The position numbers and the translations under genes are program-made. Of a DNA stretch of 64,000 nt, positions 8,911 to 19,390 are shown in pieces. Source of the stretch: Schizochytrium sp. TIO01 (taxonomy: Eukaryota; Protista; Bigyra: Labyrinthulomycetes); NCBI GenBank assembly GCA_004764695.1, contig SMSO01000033.1, positions 2,046,001 through 2,110,000 on the forward strand. The letters are read 5' to 3'. Under the pieces are notes generated by a model, which worked only from the letters and a program-made list of their open reading frames with translations, ran no database searches and was not told the origin of the DNA. Positions within the stretch are counted from its first letter, which is position 1; the number at the start of each line of letters is the position of its first letter.

Positions 8911-11229
8911 ATGCTGCGCTCCACGATGAAGAGACTCGCAGCGGGCGGCGTTCCCCAACGCCTGGCCCAGAACTGGCAACAGACCCGCTCTGCCCTACTT
9001 GTGCAGAAGCATACGCCAGTGCTCGTGAACTTGAGAACCAAGTCCACTGCCGCAGAACCGAAGACCACGCCACTCTCCGACGAGAAGGACGGCAAGCCTA
9101 AGTACCTTGCACTCGAGGACTTTGACGACATCTTTGACGATGAGCCCGACAACTTCAAGTCCTCTTCTTCCCGTAAGAACACCAAGAGCGTCGATAATTT
9201 CGACAACATTGACAATGACAATAAAACCAGCAGAAACTTCAATTCTCGTTTTGGCATTGTGAATCACGATGAGAGCAGCACTCCTGCCATGAATTCTGAC
9301 CGCACGAGCCTTGAAATGGTCAAGGAGTCCGCTGTTAAGGGGGAGGGCGAAGACGACAGCTTAGACGCTTTCGGATTGCACCCTGTTCTCAAGAACGCTC
9401 TCCAGAGAAACGGCATCAATAAGTTCTTCCCTGTTCAGATGCGTACGTTTGAGGCTGCCAGTCGTGGCGAGGACATGATTGTGCGCTCTCGGACTGGGTC
9501 TGGCAAGACTCTTGCCTTTAGCCTTCCTGTGATTAACAGTCTCTTGAACTTGCGCGACGAGGGCGGTCTCTCTCGCAGGCCGGCGGGCAAACCTAAGGTG
9601 CTGATCATGGCTCCTACCCGCGAGCTTGCAAAGCAGGTGCAAAGTGAGTTCGAGAAGTTTGCGCCTGGTATTACATGTGTTTCAGTATACGGTGGCGCAG
9701 ATATCGGTCCTCAGATCGCGCAGCTGCGCAAGCCGGTAGACGTTGTGATTGGCACTCCTGGCCGCATCTACGACCACATCAATAGTGGACGTCTCGACCT
9801 GAGCGACATCTCCTATGCTGTGCTGGATGAGGCTGACGAGATGCTCAAGGTTGGCTTCAAGGACCAAATCGATGAGATCTACAGCTTCATGCCGGCCAAA
9901 ACGGAGCGTCAGAACTTGCTGTTCTCTGCGACCGTGGCGCCTGAGATCCGCGCCGTGGCTCATAAGCACCTGCATCAAGGCAAACTCATTGATCTTGTTG
10001 GCGAGGACAACGCCAAAATCCCTGACTCAATCGAAATGATCTCGATGCAAGTCGAGGGCCGGAATCGCACCAGCGCCATTGCCTCGATTCTTTCCTCGCA
10101 CTGCTCCGGTGAGGAGCCGAAGCGCGCTCTTGTCTTTTGTGCAACGAAAGCCATGTGTAACGAGGTTGCTCTTTCCGCTGAGATCGGTGATGTTGGCGTC
10201 AAGTGTGCAGCCATGCACGGCGACCTCTCACAGAGTATGCGTGAAGCTACGTTGCAGTCCTTCCGCGAAGGCCGCATCCAGTGCATGGTGGCTACAGATG
10301 TTGCTGCTCGTGGCCTCGATATCCCGCAGGTCGACCTTGTGATCCACTACACAATCCCGCAGGAGAGGGACTCCTTCGTCCATCGCACAGGCCGGACGGG
10401 TCGTGCAGGCCGCGCAGGTCGCAATATTGTCATTTTCTCCGACAGGGACTCAAGGGAGCTGTTCGACCTTCAGCGCCAAATGGGTATCAAGTTTGAGCGC
10501 CACGCAGTGCCAGGTTCTCATGCCTCCGCGGAGAACGCCGCCGGCGAGATGGAATCTCGCCTCCAGACACTGCCGCGCCACCAGGTCGTCTCCTATACGC
10601 CGCTCGCTCGCCGCTTGCTTAACGGCGTCGCAGATTCGAACGGGGAGGTGTCTCGCGATGACTTCTCGGCCCTTTTGGCCAAGGCACTCGCACTCGGCGC
10701 TACGAACGCTGCCACCACGGACTTCTCAGTCATTACCGGACACGCAGGCCAATTGACACTCAAGTTCGAAGGATCCGCGTACGTAGGAGCTGCAGGAAAC
10801 TCGTCATCGAAACCAAACTTCCAGAGGCTTAGACGCACCATGGAGGACCTCATTCAAAACGAACTCGCCGAGAACGGAGATGTCTCAGTCTTCAACCGCA
10901 CCTCGATTGTGACTGCAATCGCTCTTGCTAAGGATCGCAGCGCTGTCTTTGTCGATGTGGCCCGCGAGGTTTCCAGTTTCCTCCTCGCACACCCGGATTG
11001 CTCACTCGTGGAGGGAGCTGTTCCGACGATGCTTCTTGGAGACCGCCGCCCGAACGCGGCATTTAAGAAGGATAGCAACCGTAGATCACAGCGCCAAGAG
11101 GGAAACCGAAACCCAGTCTTTGGACGCAAGGCAAACCGCGGCGGGTTCGACGACTCTAGACGCACTCCGCCTCCGCGGAACTCGCGTGGTAAAAACAACC
11201 ATAGAAACTGGGATCGTGAAGACTTTTAA
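8911..11229 (+). CDS. DEAD-box RNA helicase (DDX21/RH3/RH9-like), probably mitochondrial
   Basis: First in-frame ATG at 8911 gives an Arg-rich presequence-like start (MLRSTMKRLAA). Motifs FPVQ, TGSGKT, PTRELA, TPGR, DEAD, SAT, ARGLD, HRTGRTGRAG, and an Arg/Gly/Asn-rich tail. Confidence 0.93.
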   Translation: MLRSTMKRLAAGGVPQRLAQNWQQTRSALLVQKHTPVLVNLRTKSTAAEPKTTPLSDEKDGKPKYLALEDFDDIFDDEPDNFKSSSSRKNTKSVDNFDNIDNDNKTSRNFNSRFGIVNHDESSTPAMNSDRTSLEMVKESAVKGEGEDDSLDAFGLHPVLKNALQRNGINKFFPVQMRTFEAASRGEDMIVRSRTGSGKTLAFSLPVINSLLNLRDEGGLSRRPAGKPKVLIMAPTRELAKQVQSEFEKFAPGITCVSVYGGADIGPQIAQLRKPVDVVIGTPGRIYDHINSGRLDLSDISYAVLDEADEMLKVGFKDQIDEIYSFMPAKTERQNLLFSATVAPEIRAVAHKHLHQGKLIDLVGEDNAKIPDSIEMISMQVEGRNRTSAIASILSSHCSGEEPKRALVFCATKAMCNEVALSAEIGDVGVKCAAMHGDLSQSMREATLQSFREGRIQCMVATDVAARGLDIPQVDLVIHYTIPQERDSFVHRTGRTGRAGRAGRNIVIFSDRDSRELFDLQRQMGIKFERHAVPGSHASAENAAGEMESRLQTLPRHQVVSYTPLARRLLNGVADSNGEVSRDDFSALLAKALALGATNAATTDFSVITGHAGQLTLKFEGSAYVGAAGNSSSKPNFQRLRRTMEDLIQNELAENGDVSVFNRTSIVTAIALAKDRSAVFVDVAREVSSFLLAHPDCSLVEGAVPTMLLGDRRPNAAFKKDSNRRSQRQEGNRNPVFGRKANRGGFDDSRRTPPPRNSRGKNNHRNWDREDF

Positions 11230-11255
11230 AGAGCATGCATACCTGCGTTCATTTG

Positions 11256-11459
11256 TTAATCGGGTACCGATGTCAGGGTCTCTGTAATTCGAGTTTGGGT
11301 AGCTTTCGCAGGTTGTTCCCATAAAAAATCAATGGCCTCTGCTGCATCAGTGATCACACCATTTGTAGACAGCAATGAGTCGTTTTGCACACTTCTTGAT
11401 TCGACAAATATCTGGAATAATTAATTTGCAACTGTTTGTGCTTGTTAGATAGCTCTTTG
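11256..11459 (-). pseudogene. decayed tandem copy of the last 67 codons of the HAUS5-like gene
   Basis: Translates QRAI*QAQTVAN*LFQIFVESRSVQNDSLLSTNGVITDAAEAIDFLWEQPAKATQTRITETLTSVPD*. Gap-free against 11724..11927, 44/67 identical residues by hand count, two premature TAA. Confidence 0.9.
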
Positions 11460-11723
11460 AGAGTGTCAAACATCTATTCTTGTGAGAAGAGGCTAAAATG
11501 CTTTTAGCCCGCACCCTTTTTGCTGGCTTGAATAGCTTCTTAAACCTTTCCAGTTTCTGACGATTTTCGCGAAGCTTTTCTCAGCCAAATTAGATCCCCA
11601 AGCTTTCGCTTCAACTGTTCCAATTCTTCTTTAACTTACTACGCAACTTGCGAGCTTAATTAGACATTTCAGTAGGGTGCGATGACTTAAAACTAAAAAT
11701 TGGGATATGCATACATTCTTTCA

Positions 11724-13400
11724 TTACTCGGGTTCTGATGTTAATGTCTCTGTAATTCGAGATAGGGCAGCTTTCGCGGGCTGGTCCCACCAAATATCAA
11801 TGGCCTCTGCTGCATCGGCGATCGCATCGTTTGTGGAGAGAAGTAGCCCATTTTGCACATTTTCTGATTCAGCGGAAATCTGACATAGTCGATCTGCAAC
11901 TGTTTGTGCTTGCTGTATAGAGCTTTGTGCCCGCTCTGGCGCCAACGCTTCACTGCTAGCTTGAAGTCTGTCCATACCTTTGCGATTAATATATTTGACC
12001 ACTTGCTCCAAGTCAATATCCAATCCTCCGCTCCGGCTCTTTCGATTAATACTACCCAGGGTGTTTTGCATAATTTCTTGGTCAGAGCCCTTTTTCAGTG
12101 CACAAGTTTTCTCATGCACCTGACTGACGCGCCCAATAGTCTCAGGCACGGTCTCAATAGCCCTCATGAGAAGATCTCGCGATGCGCATGCTTTCTCAGA
12201 GCTTTGCAAATCGTGCACCAATTCATCGTGAGCAAGACTTGTAGAGCTTTGTGCTGTGCGGATCACTGCATCATACATCTGTACACCTCGACTAGATAGC
12301 GCAGATGCCCTTGCAGGGATCTCACGAAGCAATTCGAGTGCATCACTATATTGCGCTTGTGCATCATGAGTTTCTCTATACTTTCGTTGAATAATTGCTC
12401 TCTCTGCTTCAATCAATTCTACAAGTTTTTCTGCCTCATAGACGGCGGCACAAAGGCCCACTTGGCGCATCTTAGTTTCCGTAGCGTGAGGGCAGCTGTC
12501 TAAATTTGCCTCTAGGCGTTTCCGTTCCTCGCGAAGATCGAGAAGGTGGGCCAGTTGTTCTGCCAAAGTTTCGTCCGAGCTTGAAAGAGAAGAACTGGGG
12601 CTCGCTCGAGATGCTTCTCGCGTTTGAAGCGATTCGGGCTGATTTGACGTAATCGTTGGCTGGGGACTTTGACTTGTCCTTATGCTTGTAGGCAGCTCAG
12701 AAAGGCACCTGGCATGTTCTGAACAAATGTCTTCTAAGAATTGGAGTGCGCTTTTATCTGTTGATATACTGGGTGGGACAGATGTCATGGAGACAGCTTC
12801 TTGTAAAGAGTCGATCAAATTTAGACGTTGCTCACCGCACTTGACAAGTTCTTCCAGAGCAATAGCCTCCCGAATCAGGTTTTCTGTCTCTCGGCTGATT
12901 TTAGCTTCCGTGTGTTGCTCCTTCTCCATTTCGGCCATTAGATGGGCAATGTCATCCTCTAGTTTGCAAGCTTCTGCTTGAAGTTCCTCAATCTCTGATT
13001 TCAATCCAGATTCCTGGGATTTCTTCGGCCCTGATGAATTCTGGTCAGGTTTCTCTTGTACAAGAAGCAACTGTGCATTCCTCTTTAAACGCAGAACTTC
13101 TTCAGCGTCTCGCAAATTCATTGTCATCCATGTTAGGATATCGGCGGCTTTCGCTCCACGCTGTAAAAAGCTCACATCATGTTTCTCCAAACGTTGTTCT
13201 GCTGCAAAAACTCCTCGGGGTACGTAGGTTATTCCCGCACCTTCAAGCGCCTGTCCACAGGGTAAAACTCGCAGCCATCTTAGTACATCTTCTGCGGTCG
13301 CTCGAGGTGGTGGAGGTGGCTTTACCTTTTTGATATTTCCATGACCCCTCCCGGTATCCCCTGACTTCGCGAACGACGAAGATCCGCGTGGCATCGGCAT
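11724..13400 (-). CDS. HAUS5: HAUS augmin-like complex subunit 5-like coiled-coil protein
   Basis: 558 aa coiled coil. N-terminal AEDVLRWL...FLQRGAKAADILTWMTMNLRDAEEVLRLKRN and C-terminal IDIWWDQPA match the HAUS5/AUG5 pattern (WWEQPA) as I recall it. Confidence 0.7.
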   Translation of the reverse strand: MPMPRGSSSFAKSGDTGRGHGNIKKVKPPPPPRATAEDVLRWLRVLPCGQALEGAGITYVPRGVFAAEQRLEKHDVSFLQRGAKAADILTWMTMNLRDAEEVLRLKRNAQLLLVQEKPDQNSSGPKKSQESGLKSEIEELQAEACKLEDDIAHLMAEMEKEQHTEAKISRETENLIREAIALEELVKCGEQRLNLIDSLQEAVSMTSVPPSISTDKSALQFLEDICSEHARCLSELPTSIRTSQSPQPTITSNQPESLQTREASRASPSSSLSSSDETLAEQLAHLLDLREERKRLEANLDSCPHATETKMRQVGLCAAVYEAEKLVELIEAERAIIQRKYRETHDAQAQYSDALELLREIPARASALSSRGVQMYDAVIRTAQSSTSLAHDELVHDLQSSEKACASRDLLMRAIETVPETIGRVSQVHEKTCALKKGSDQEIMQNTLGSINRKSRSGGLDIDLEQVVKYINRKGMDRLQASSEALAPERAQSSIQQAQTVADRLCQISAESENVQNGLLLSTNDAIADAAEAIDIWWDQPAKAALSRITETLTSEPE

Positions 13401-14127
13401 CTTTGATGCTCTTGCTTACGGGATAAAGTTATTTCTCTGTTTGTTGTCTGTTTGTTGATTTATTGTGCTTGCTTTCATAAAAATAAGAGTAAAAAAATGG
13501 TGAAAACCCATGTTTTTTTTACTTATTTATTATTTATTATTATTTTTAAAATTGGTTTTTACAACCGCCGCATTCATTTACTCATTATTGGAGTAACAGA
13601 ATATAGTAAGGGTTATTATATAGAAATCCCTAAGGAGCATAGTTAATAAGGGAGCATCCTTACTCAATTTGGTCCTATGGATCCTTCAAGTTTGACTCGG
13701 GTAGAAACTCAAGTCAAAGCATACCCCTCATGACGAAGAGATATCATGAAGGAAAACTGCACTATGTCCGCATAGATATGATCAAAGATCTCGTACAAAT
13801 AGCAGGCGCTGCTCCTTGGTAGATCTTGTTCATATCCAAGGAAACATCACCATTAAAGGTTCAGTTTTTACTACCTTAAATAAAAAAAATGCAGGCTTTA
13901 CAAGCTACTGTTCCCCAAACTTTGGAAATCGGTTTTAGTACACGCAGTTTTGTAGTTTGTTACTAACTACGTGGTTTAAATTAGAAAGAGGATTTATCAG
14001 AAAAACATGATTATTCAATAGCGCAATAAACTTTAAAGATAACTTGAGAGCAAATCTTTACAATATGGAAAAACATCAATGAATCCTTCAAGAGTCAAAG
14101 ATAAGTCAGTACTTAACGGGAAATGGT

Positions 14128-17100
14128 TTAGTGCTCCATTGATTGGGATACCTCAACAGCGCGCGACACATTTGTGATGAGCATGTACAAGACTTCCTCA
14201 TGCTCTTCAATAAGACCATACTGGGTGACTACTCGGCTAACAAGAGCCTTTGCTTTATCTTCTGGCGCACCAATCCGAATCATCTGGTGCACCATTGTAG
14301 ATGCCAGCTTGAACAAGGTATCTTGATCCACGCCACCGTAGCCGGGGGCAGCATCGCCGTTCTTCGGAGATCCGCGATCATCGTGGGAAACGAAAGAACC
14401 ATATGCTCCCTCTCCCCCGGTTGGTGATGACATGCGACGAATGCGCATCGGAGAAGATCCTCCAGCCAAGCTTTTATTGCTGGTTGCTGGGCCCCCTAAA
14501 GAAGCATGCCTCTCAGCCTCGGAATCCCCTTCATCTCCTGCAACACTCGCACTTGCAGTATTTTCCATCGGGCTGATACTGTTGCTACTAGACGAGTCAC
14601 CCACGGGATTTCTTGCACCAATCGGAACAACCTCATTCAAGGAGGTTGTACCTCCTACAGTGTGAGAACGGTTTCGTTTTCGCATTTCCATTGACATGGT
14701 TTCTGCAAAAGCGTCTTCCCAGAAGAGGAGACTCTTCCAGAGCTCCAGACCTTGGAGGTGTGCATCTAGGTAATCCTCATGCGGAACGGGAGCAGATGGG
14801 TTTCCGAAAGCGTCCATAGACCCGCGCCGAGGTATACCTGTCACAGGTGAAACCATTGGGTCAGTAGGTGACATTGGGGACCGGTCTTGCGGGATAACCG
14901 GTGCCACCGGGGCAGAACGGTCCAGATAGTACGACTGCGAAACCTCAAGCATCTGGCGAGCGTTCGGGTAATCTTCACGGCGATAGCACGCTTCAATGAG
15001 ATCGCAACAAAGCTTCACCAACGCATTAAAGGCAGCCTCTCTCAAGCCACGACCACGGCTGCCATATGTGTAGCTATAACTTGAGACAGAACGATGCTGC
15101 GGCTGATACAAAATGAGCACGAAGAGGTCACGAGCATGCTTTGATGTCATAAACGCATTCCCGCATTTCTCGAGTTGCTCTTGTTCCACTGACTTGTTGA
15201 GAAAAATCTTTGTGATACACTCTTGCAAGGTAAGCTCAATGCGGCGATCCCGCTTAGAACGCTCGCGAACATAATTCGGTTCATAAGGACTAGCGCCCTT
15301 CTTAGCTGCACTGTCACTACGCGATCTAGATCGAGAGCGCGATCGCTCACGGAGTTTCAGGTCCATATCAGACAAAATCTCGTCAACTTCTGATTCCATC
15401 GCGTCACTTGCAAATTCACTAAGTTGCAAGGCATCAAATCCATGTTCGTGAAAGTTCTGGGTACCAGTGATGATTCGTAAATCACGCAATGACTCTCGAA
15501 GTGCTTCTACATCAGCCCCTGTCTCTGTAGCAACAGCCTGCAGGTCTAGAGAGCTCGCCACTCCCTTGGGGTTTTCATCAGTGATAGTACAATACAGAGC
15601 CTGCGCAATGGGAGGCGAGTCCCAGGTGGCATATGCACTAGGGCTATCCTGGTCTTTAGCTTCTGGCTCATCCTCGTCAGGAGCCTCAAGGGTCAACGGG
15701 TCAAGTCCAGGAGCATTATTACCTGTACTAAGGCGTTGGATCATTAAGCTCATTGCATTTTCATTGCGTGCATCTCTGCGCTTCAGAGTAATCTCGTCGC
15801 CTGGTATCGTTCTCGACCGTGTTGCTCCATCAAAGTCGCGACTGTCAGGATCTGCAACGGCAGCACGGCGACGTTCCTGTACAACGCGTTTCTGATTTGC
15901 CAACGCCAAGTACTGCTCCTTGTTCCGGTTTCGTACACGAACACGGAAAAAGTAAGCATGGAAAGTTTCTAGCCACTTAGAATACTGGATTTCTTTGAAA
16001 TTTTCAAAAGCTTGAGTTTCGAGGAGATGAGAAAAGAACGAAGCTTCGGATGCACGACGTTCTAAAAACTTGGGAGTATTAAACACTGGCATACTTTCAT
16101 TCAGAAAGAAAAGACATTCGCGATACCCCTGTAACATTTGGCAAATGCACTCCAAAAAGCATAGTTGTGCCTTGCGTGTCATTTCTGGTGTGAGGGAGAT
16201 CAAGTGCTCGCCATGACTATCTTCCCATGAACTCTGCTCGTCCATTGGGTCGTCGAGAGCGCTTGGGTTGAGGTTTATGGCATGGCAGAGCATTCTTTCG
16301 AGGCGGCGAGCCTCGGCACGCGGCAACGGCTCAATGTGCAATCCTGCACCCTTTCGCACAATTCCACGGTCAAGATCAAGAATAAGAGCATGATTCAATT
16401 CGTGATCAAGAATCTTGTCCCGTTTCTCTACCAAGTCTGAGTGCAGACCAAGAACAAAAGGAAAGGGTGCTTGCAAGCATTCTGTGAGTTGAGGTGGGAG
16501 CACAGAAATGTACGTGTGATGCCAGCGAAAAGGGTAGAGTAATGCTAGCAAAGTCTCTCCAGTAATTGAAAGTTCACGTTGCTTTCGCGAATGCATGATG
16601 AGTTTGGTTTCGAGCAACAGTGCTCCCCAGAGAGAAACCAGAAGCTGGACGCCAAGTTTACGAATGAGGAATTCTAAACCTTCTGAAAAGGTCAGACGCG
16701 GTGCTGCACCTAGTGGTGGCAATTCGCATTGGAAGATCCTTGGCGATTCAGGACGAAGATTAAACTCAATTCGAAGTTCACCAGGCAATGGCATCGGAAT
16801 ATCGTGAATTAAGCGATGAGCAAGCTTCTTGCGGACCTCATGCTCACGTCCATCCTGCGCTGCAAGCATGCAGGCCTCATGCATATCAAGCAAAACATCT
16901 CTGAACATGTCACCAGTATTAAGGCGGCTGAGAATGCACATGCAAGCTGTGGCATCCTTCTCCTTGTCATGATACATGATACAATAGCCAAACATTGCTA
17001 CTCCACGCGGTGCATGGACAAATGCAAAAATATCTACGGGTTTCCCCATAACAGTATGTTTGCTTGATGATATAAAAGCTTCAGCTTTTTTGCCAAAAGC

Positions 17101-18339
17101 GAAGATAAACCACTCAAGCTTTACCGGCAGGAAGAGGTCATGATGATCTTCTTTAGGAAACCGTTCTGCCAGCTCAGGCTCTCGTTCATTGCGAGAGAAG
17201 CGGGCCAGGACAACGTAATCAGCAAGGCGTACAGGAACTGATCGTGTCCTCGCACCTTTATTTCGTGGCGATCCTTGAACAACTTGACCAGTACTGTCAA
17301 GTTTGAGACGCGGAACTGTTGTTCTCCGCGGTGACGATCCTCGCGAAGATAGGCTTGACAAGCTAATAGCTGCTGATGCTATACTAGCGCGATCTTCGTC
17401 CTCAATCTCTGTCTCAAAGTGAAGACTAAGGTACAGAACTCCACAAGACTCAAGATCACGATCTGAATTTGCCAAGGTATCTGCTAGATATCTTGTAGTG
17501 GCACCGTGGCTGTCACTGTTAATGTCGTCGTTATTTGGACTTGTGGGTGCTGATCCTCCACCGTCGGTCTCGTTTAAGTATTGGTTCGCAACTGCAGATG
17601 CAATGAGAACGGCATCTGCATCATCATCTGCAAGTGTTCTTGGCTGCCTTTGCAGCTGATACCACTGCTCCACAAGACCCGATCCAGAAAGTCGCTTGAG
17701 TGGAATTTTAACGAATCCGTAGTTCTGGCACTTGACAGAGTCCCTAACTTCGATCTCGATCGAAACATCATTATCGGGCATGTCCTCGTCGCCCCAGACC
17801 CCAGTTACGTCAAAGACGAATTCCTCATTCCATTTCCACTTTGAAATATCATCGCCAAGACTAGTGGTCCGTTCATCTCCTTTCACCTTGAGTCGCACAA
17901 ACGGTTTTCCAGTCTGCACAATAGTCACGTTGGATCTGCGATGGCTTCCTCCACGTCCCAAGAGAGGACTGCGCATTTTAGCCAAAGCGAACCTTCGCAT
18001 AGAAGACATTGTGCTGTGTTTGCGCTTCGGGTTTGACGACGAGGAATGCGTAAGAGTAGGAGTTGAAGCAGTAGAAGAAGAAGCAAAGGACGATAATGAA
18101 GAGGAGGATTGTGCACCATTGTGATTGTTGGAGCTGAACGCGTAGGGTGAAGGCGCAGCGTTTGATGCGTTGTGGCTGTTGTTTGGGCCGTCACGAGAAG
18201 GCGACTGAGGAGAAACCGGAGTAGCGACAGCATCGTCTCCATCCGCAACTTCGGCGTCTCCGTCTCCATAAGGGCCACAGCGGTCCAGGGGTGACCGCAG
18301 GAGGTCACGTCCCTCAACCACCTTGACGTGCAGCTTCAT
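14128..18339 (-). CDS. C2 + DENN (uDENN/cDENN/dDENN) protein with SBF/MADD-like C-terminal helical domain; putative Rab GEF
   Basis: 1403 aa. C2 strands (LHVKVVEGRDL...WNEEFVF...EQWYQL). DENN motifs RFPKEDH, CMCILSR, ALLLETKLIMHS, LLYPFRWHHTYISVLP, LQAPFPFVLG, LLETQAF. C-terminal LWKSLLFWEDAF. Confidence 0.9.
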   Translation of the reverse strand: MKLHVKVVEGRDLLRSPLDRCGPYGDGDAEVADGDDAVATPVSPQSPSRDGPNNSHNASNAAPSPYAFSSNNHNGAQSSSSLSSFASSSTASTPTLTHSSSSNPKRKHSTMSSMRRFALAKMRSPLLGRGGSHRRSNVTIVQTGKPFVRLKVKGDERTTSLGDDISKWKWNEEFVFDVTGVWGDEDMPDNDVSIEIEVRDSVKCQNYGFVKIPLKRLSGSGLVEQWYQLQRQPRTLADDDADAVLIASAVANQYLNETDGGGSAPTSPNNDDINSDSHGATTRYLADTLANSDRDLESCGVLYLSLHFETEIEDEDRASIASAAISLSSLSSRGSSPRRTTVPRLKLDSTGQVVQGSPRNKGARTRSVPVRLADYVVLARFSRNEREPELAERFPKEDHHDLFLPVKLEWFIFAFGKKAEAFISSSKHTVMGKPVDIFAFVHAPRGVAMFGYCIMYHDKEKDATACMCILSRLNTGDMFRDVLLDMHEACMLAAQDGREHEVRKKLAHRLIHDIPMPLPGELRIEFNLRPESPRIFQCELPPLGAAPRLTFSEGLEFLIRKLGVQLLVSLWGALLLETKLIMHSRKQRELSITGETLLALLYPFRWHHTYISVLPPQLTECLQAPFPFVLGLHSDLVEKRDKILDHELNHALILDLDRGIVRKGAGLHIEPLPRAEARRLERMLCHAINLNPSALDDPMDEQSSWEDSHGEHLISLTPEMTRKAQLCFLECICQMLQGYRECLFFLNESMPVFNTPKFLERRASEASFFSHLLETQAFENFKEIQYSKWLETFHAYFFRVRVRNRNKEQYLALANQKRVVQERRRAAVADPDSRDFDGATRSRTIPGDEITLKRRDARNENAMSLMIQRLSTGNNAPGLDPLTLEAPDEDEPEAKDQDSPSAYATWDSPPIAQALYCTITDENPKGVASSLDLQAVATETGADVEALRESLRDLRIITGTQNFHEHGFDALQLSEFASDAMESEVDEILSDMDLKLRERSRSRSRSRSDSAAKKGASPYEPNYVRERSKRDRRIELTLQECITKIFLNKSVEQEQLEKCGNAFMTSKHARDLFVLILYQPQHRSVSSYSYTYGSRGRGLREAAFNALVKLCCDLIEACYRREDYPNARQMLEVSQSYYLDRSAPVAPVIPQDRSPMSPTDPMVSPVTGIPRRGSMDAFGNPSAPVPHEDYLDAHLQGLELWKSLLFWEDAFAETMSMEMRKRNRSHTVGGTTSLNEVVPIGARNPVGDSSSSNSISPMENTASASVAGDEGDSEAERHASLGGPATSNKSLAGGSSPMRIRRMSSPTGGEGAYGSFVSHDDRGSPKNGDAAPGYGGVDQDTLFKLASTMVHQMIRIGAPEDKAKALVSRVVTQYGLIEEHEEVLYMLITNVSRAVEVSQSMEH

Positions 18340-19146
18340 GGTGGCTCACTCTCGCGAGCGCAGCACAGGTCAAGAGATGGATAAATGTCAAACGTCCTGC
18401 GATATTGGCTCGATGATCCTTTATATCTGGATATCTATGCTAGTATACAATAGCTAAGAGTATAATTATTAGTGCTAGGTAGATAGGTACTAGTGTCTAC
18501 CTACTTACTTTAGAATTAAAATGGTGAATTGTCGAATACATTTTTGCTGGCCTCTGACGTGATCGTTCAGGGTCTGCAGATAATTTTCATCATGCAAGGA
18601 AGAGAAAAAAAACAGTCAGTTTGAAGTATCTTCTTTACCATGGATGCTTGCAGCTCCACAATGACAGATGTAGTCTTGGTATTAATTTACCTGATAGAAA
18701 CCGAACGAGGAAGCCAAGTACTGCTATGGGACGTGCTAAGGACTATTACTAGCAGGGTTATAGGAATAAGTATACCACCAGTAGTCAGTCACACGAAATG
18801 AAATTTGGTTTGCCTGTCAATTCCTTCAGTTGATCTGAAATATCTATTGATTACCAGCAGATCAGTTTTCTCAACAATTTGATACTGCCATTTTCTTTCT
18901 CGACCTTTGATTCTTATATCATGAACGGTGACTTTTCTGTAATTTAAAAATAATGAGGGACGTGCTTAGGTAATCACTTTTTGGGAAACTCTCAGAGGTT
19001 AATTTGTCTTTTGCACTATGCAAGTTTAGTCAGGTGAACCTTCATAAGACGCCCAGAGTTTTGTTTCAAGCAAAATATAATCAACAATTCGATGAGACCC
19101 CTTTTATATGTGGAAAAATCCATTGTACATCTTGATATGATGTTGT

Positions 19147-19390
19147 GGTGATGCAAGTAACATGGAGATGTACCGCAACTGTGATAGCGTGTATTTGAAA
19201 AAAAGTTGCCAAATGCTCTCAATGCCTTGGAGGATATTAGGATGAAGTATTCCTACTAAGTTATGAGAGGAAGTAAGTCTCCTAAACCTGGACAGATTTC
19301 AGGTGAATCGCGAGACATGAATTTATCTTTCTCCACCTTCCGATTTAGCACTTATACTGGAGCTGATTATAACGTAGGTTTCCCCTCGTC
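19147..19390 (-). pseudogene. possible decayed leucine-rich-repeat gene fragment
   Basis: Broken frames give NLRYNQLQY, SPEICPGLGDL and RRLTSSHNLVGILHPNILQGIESIWQLFFKYTLSQLRYIS, resembling LxxLxLxxNxL repeats. Confidence 0.3.
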
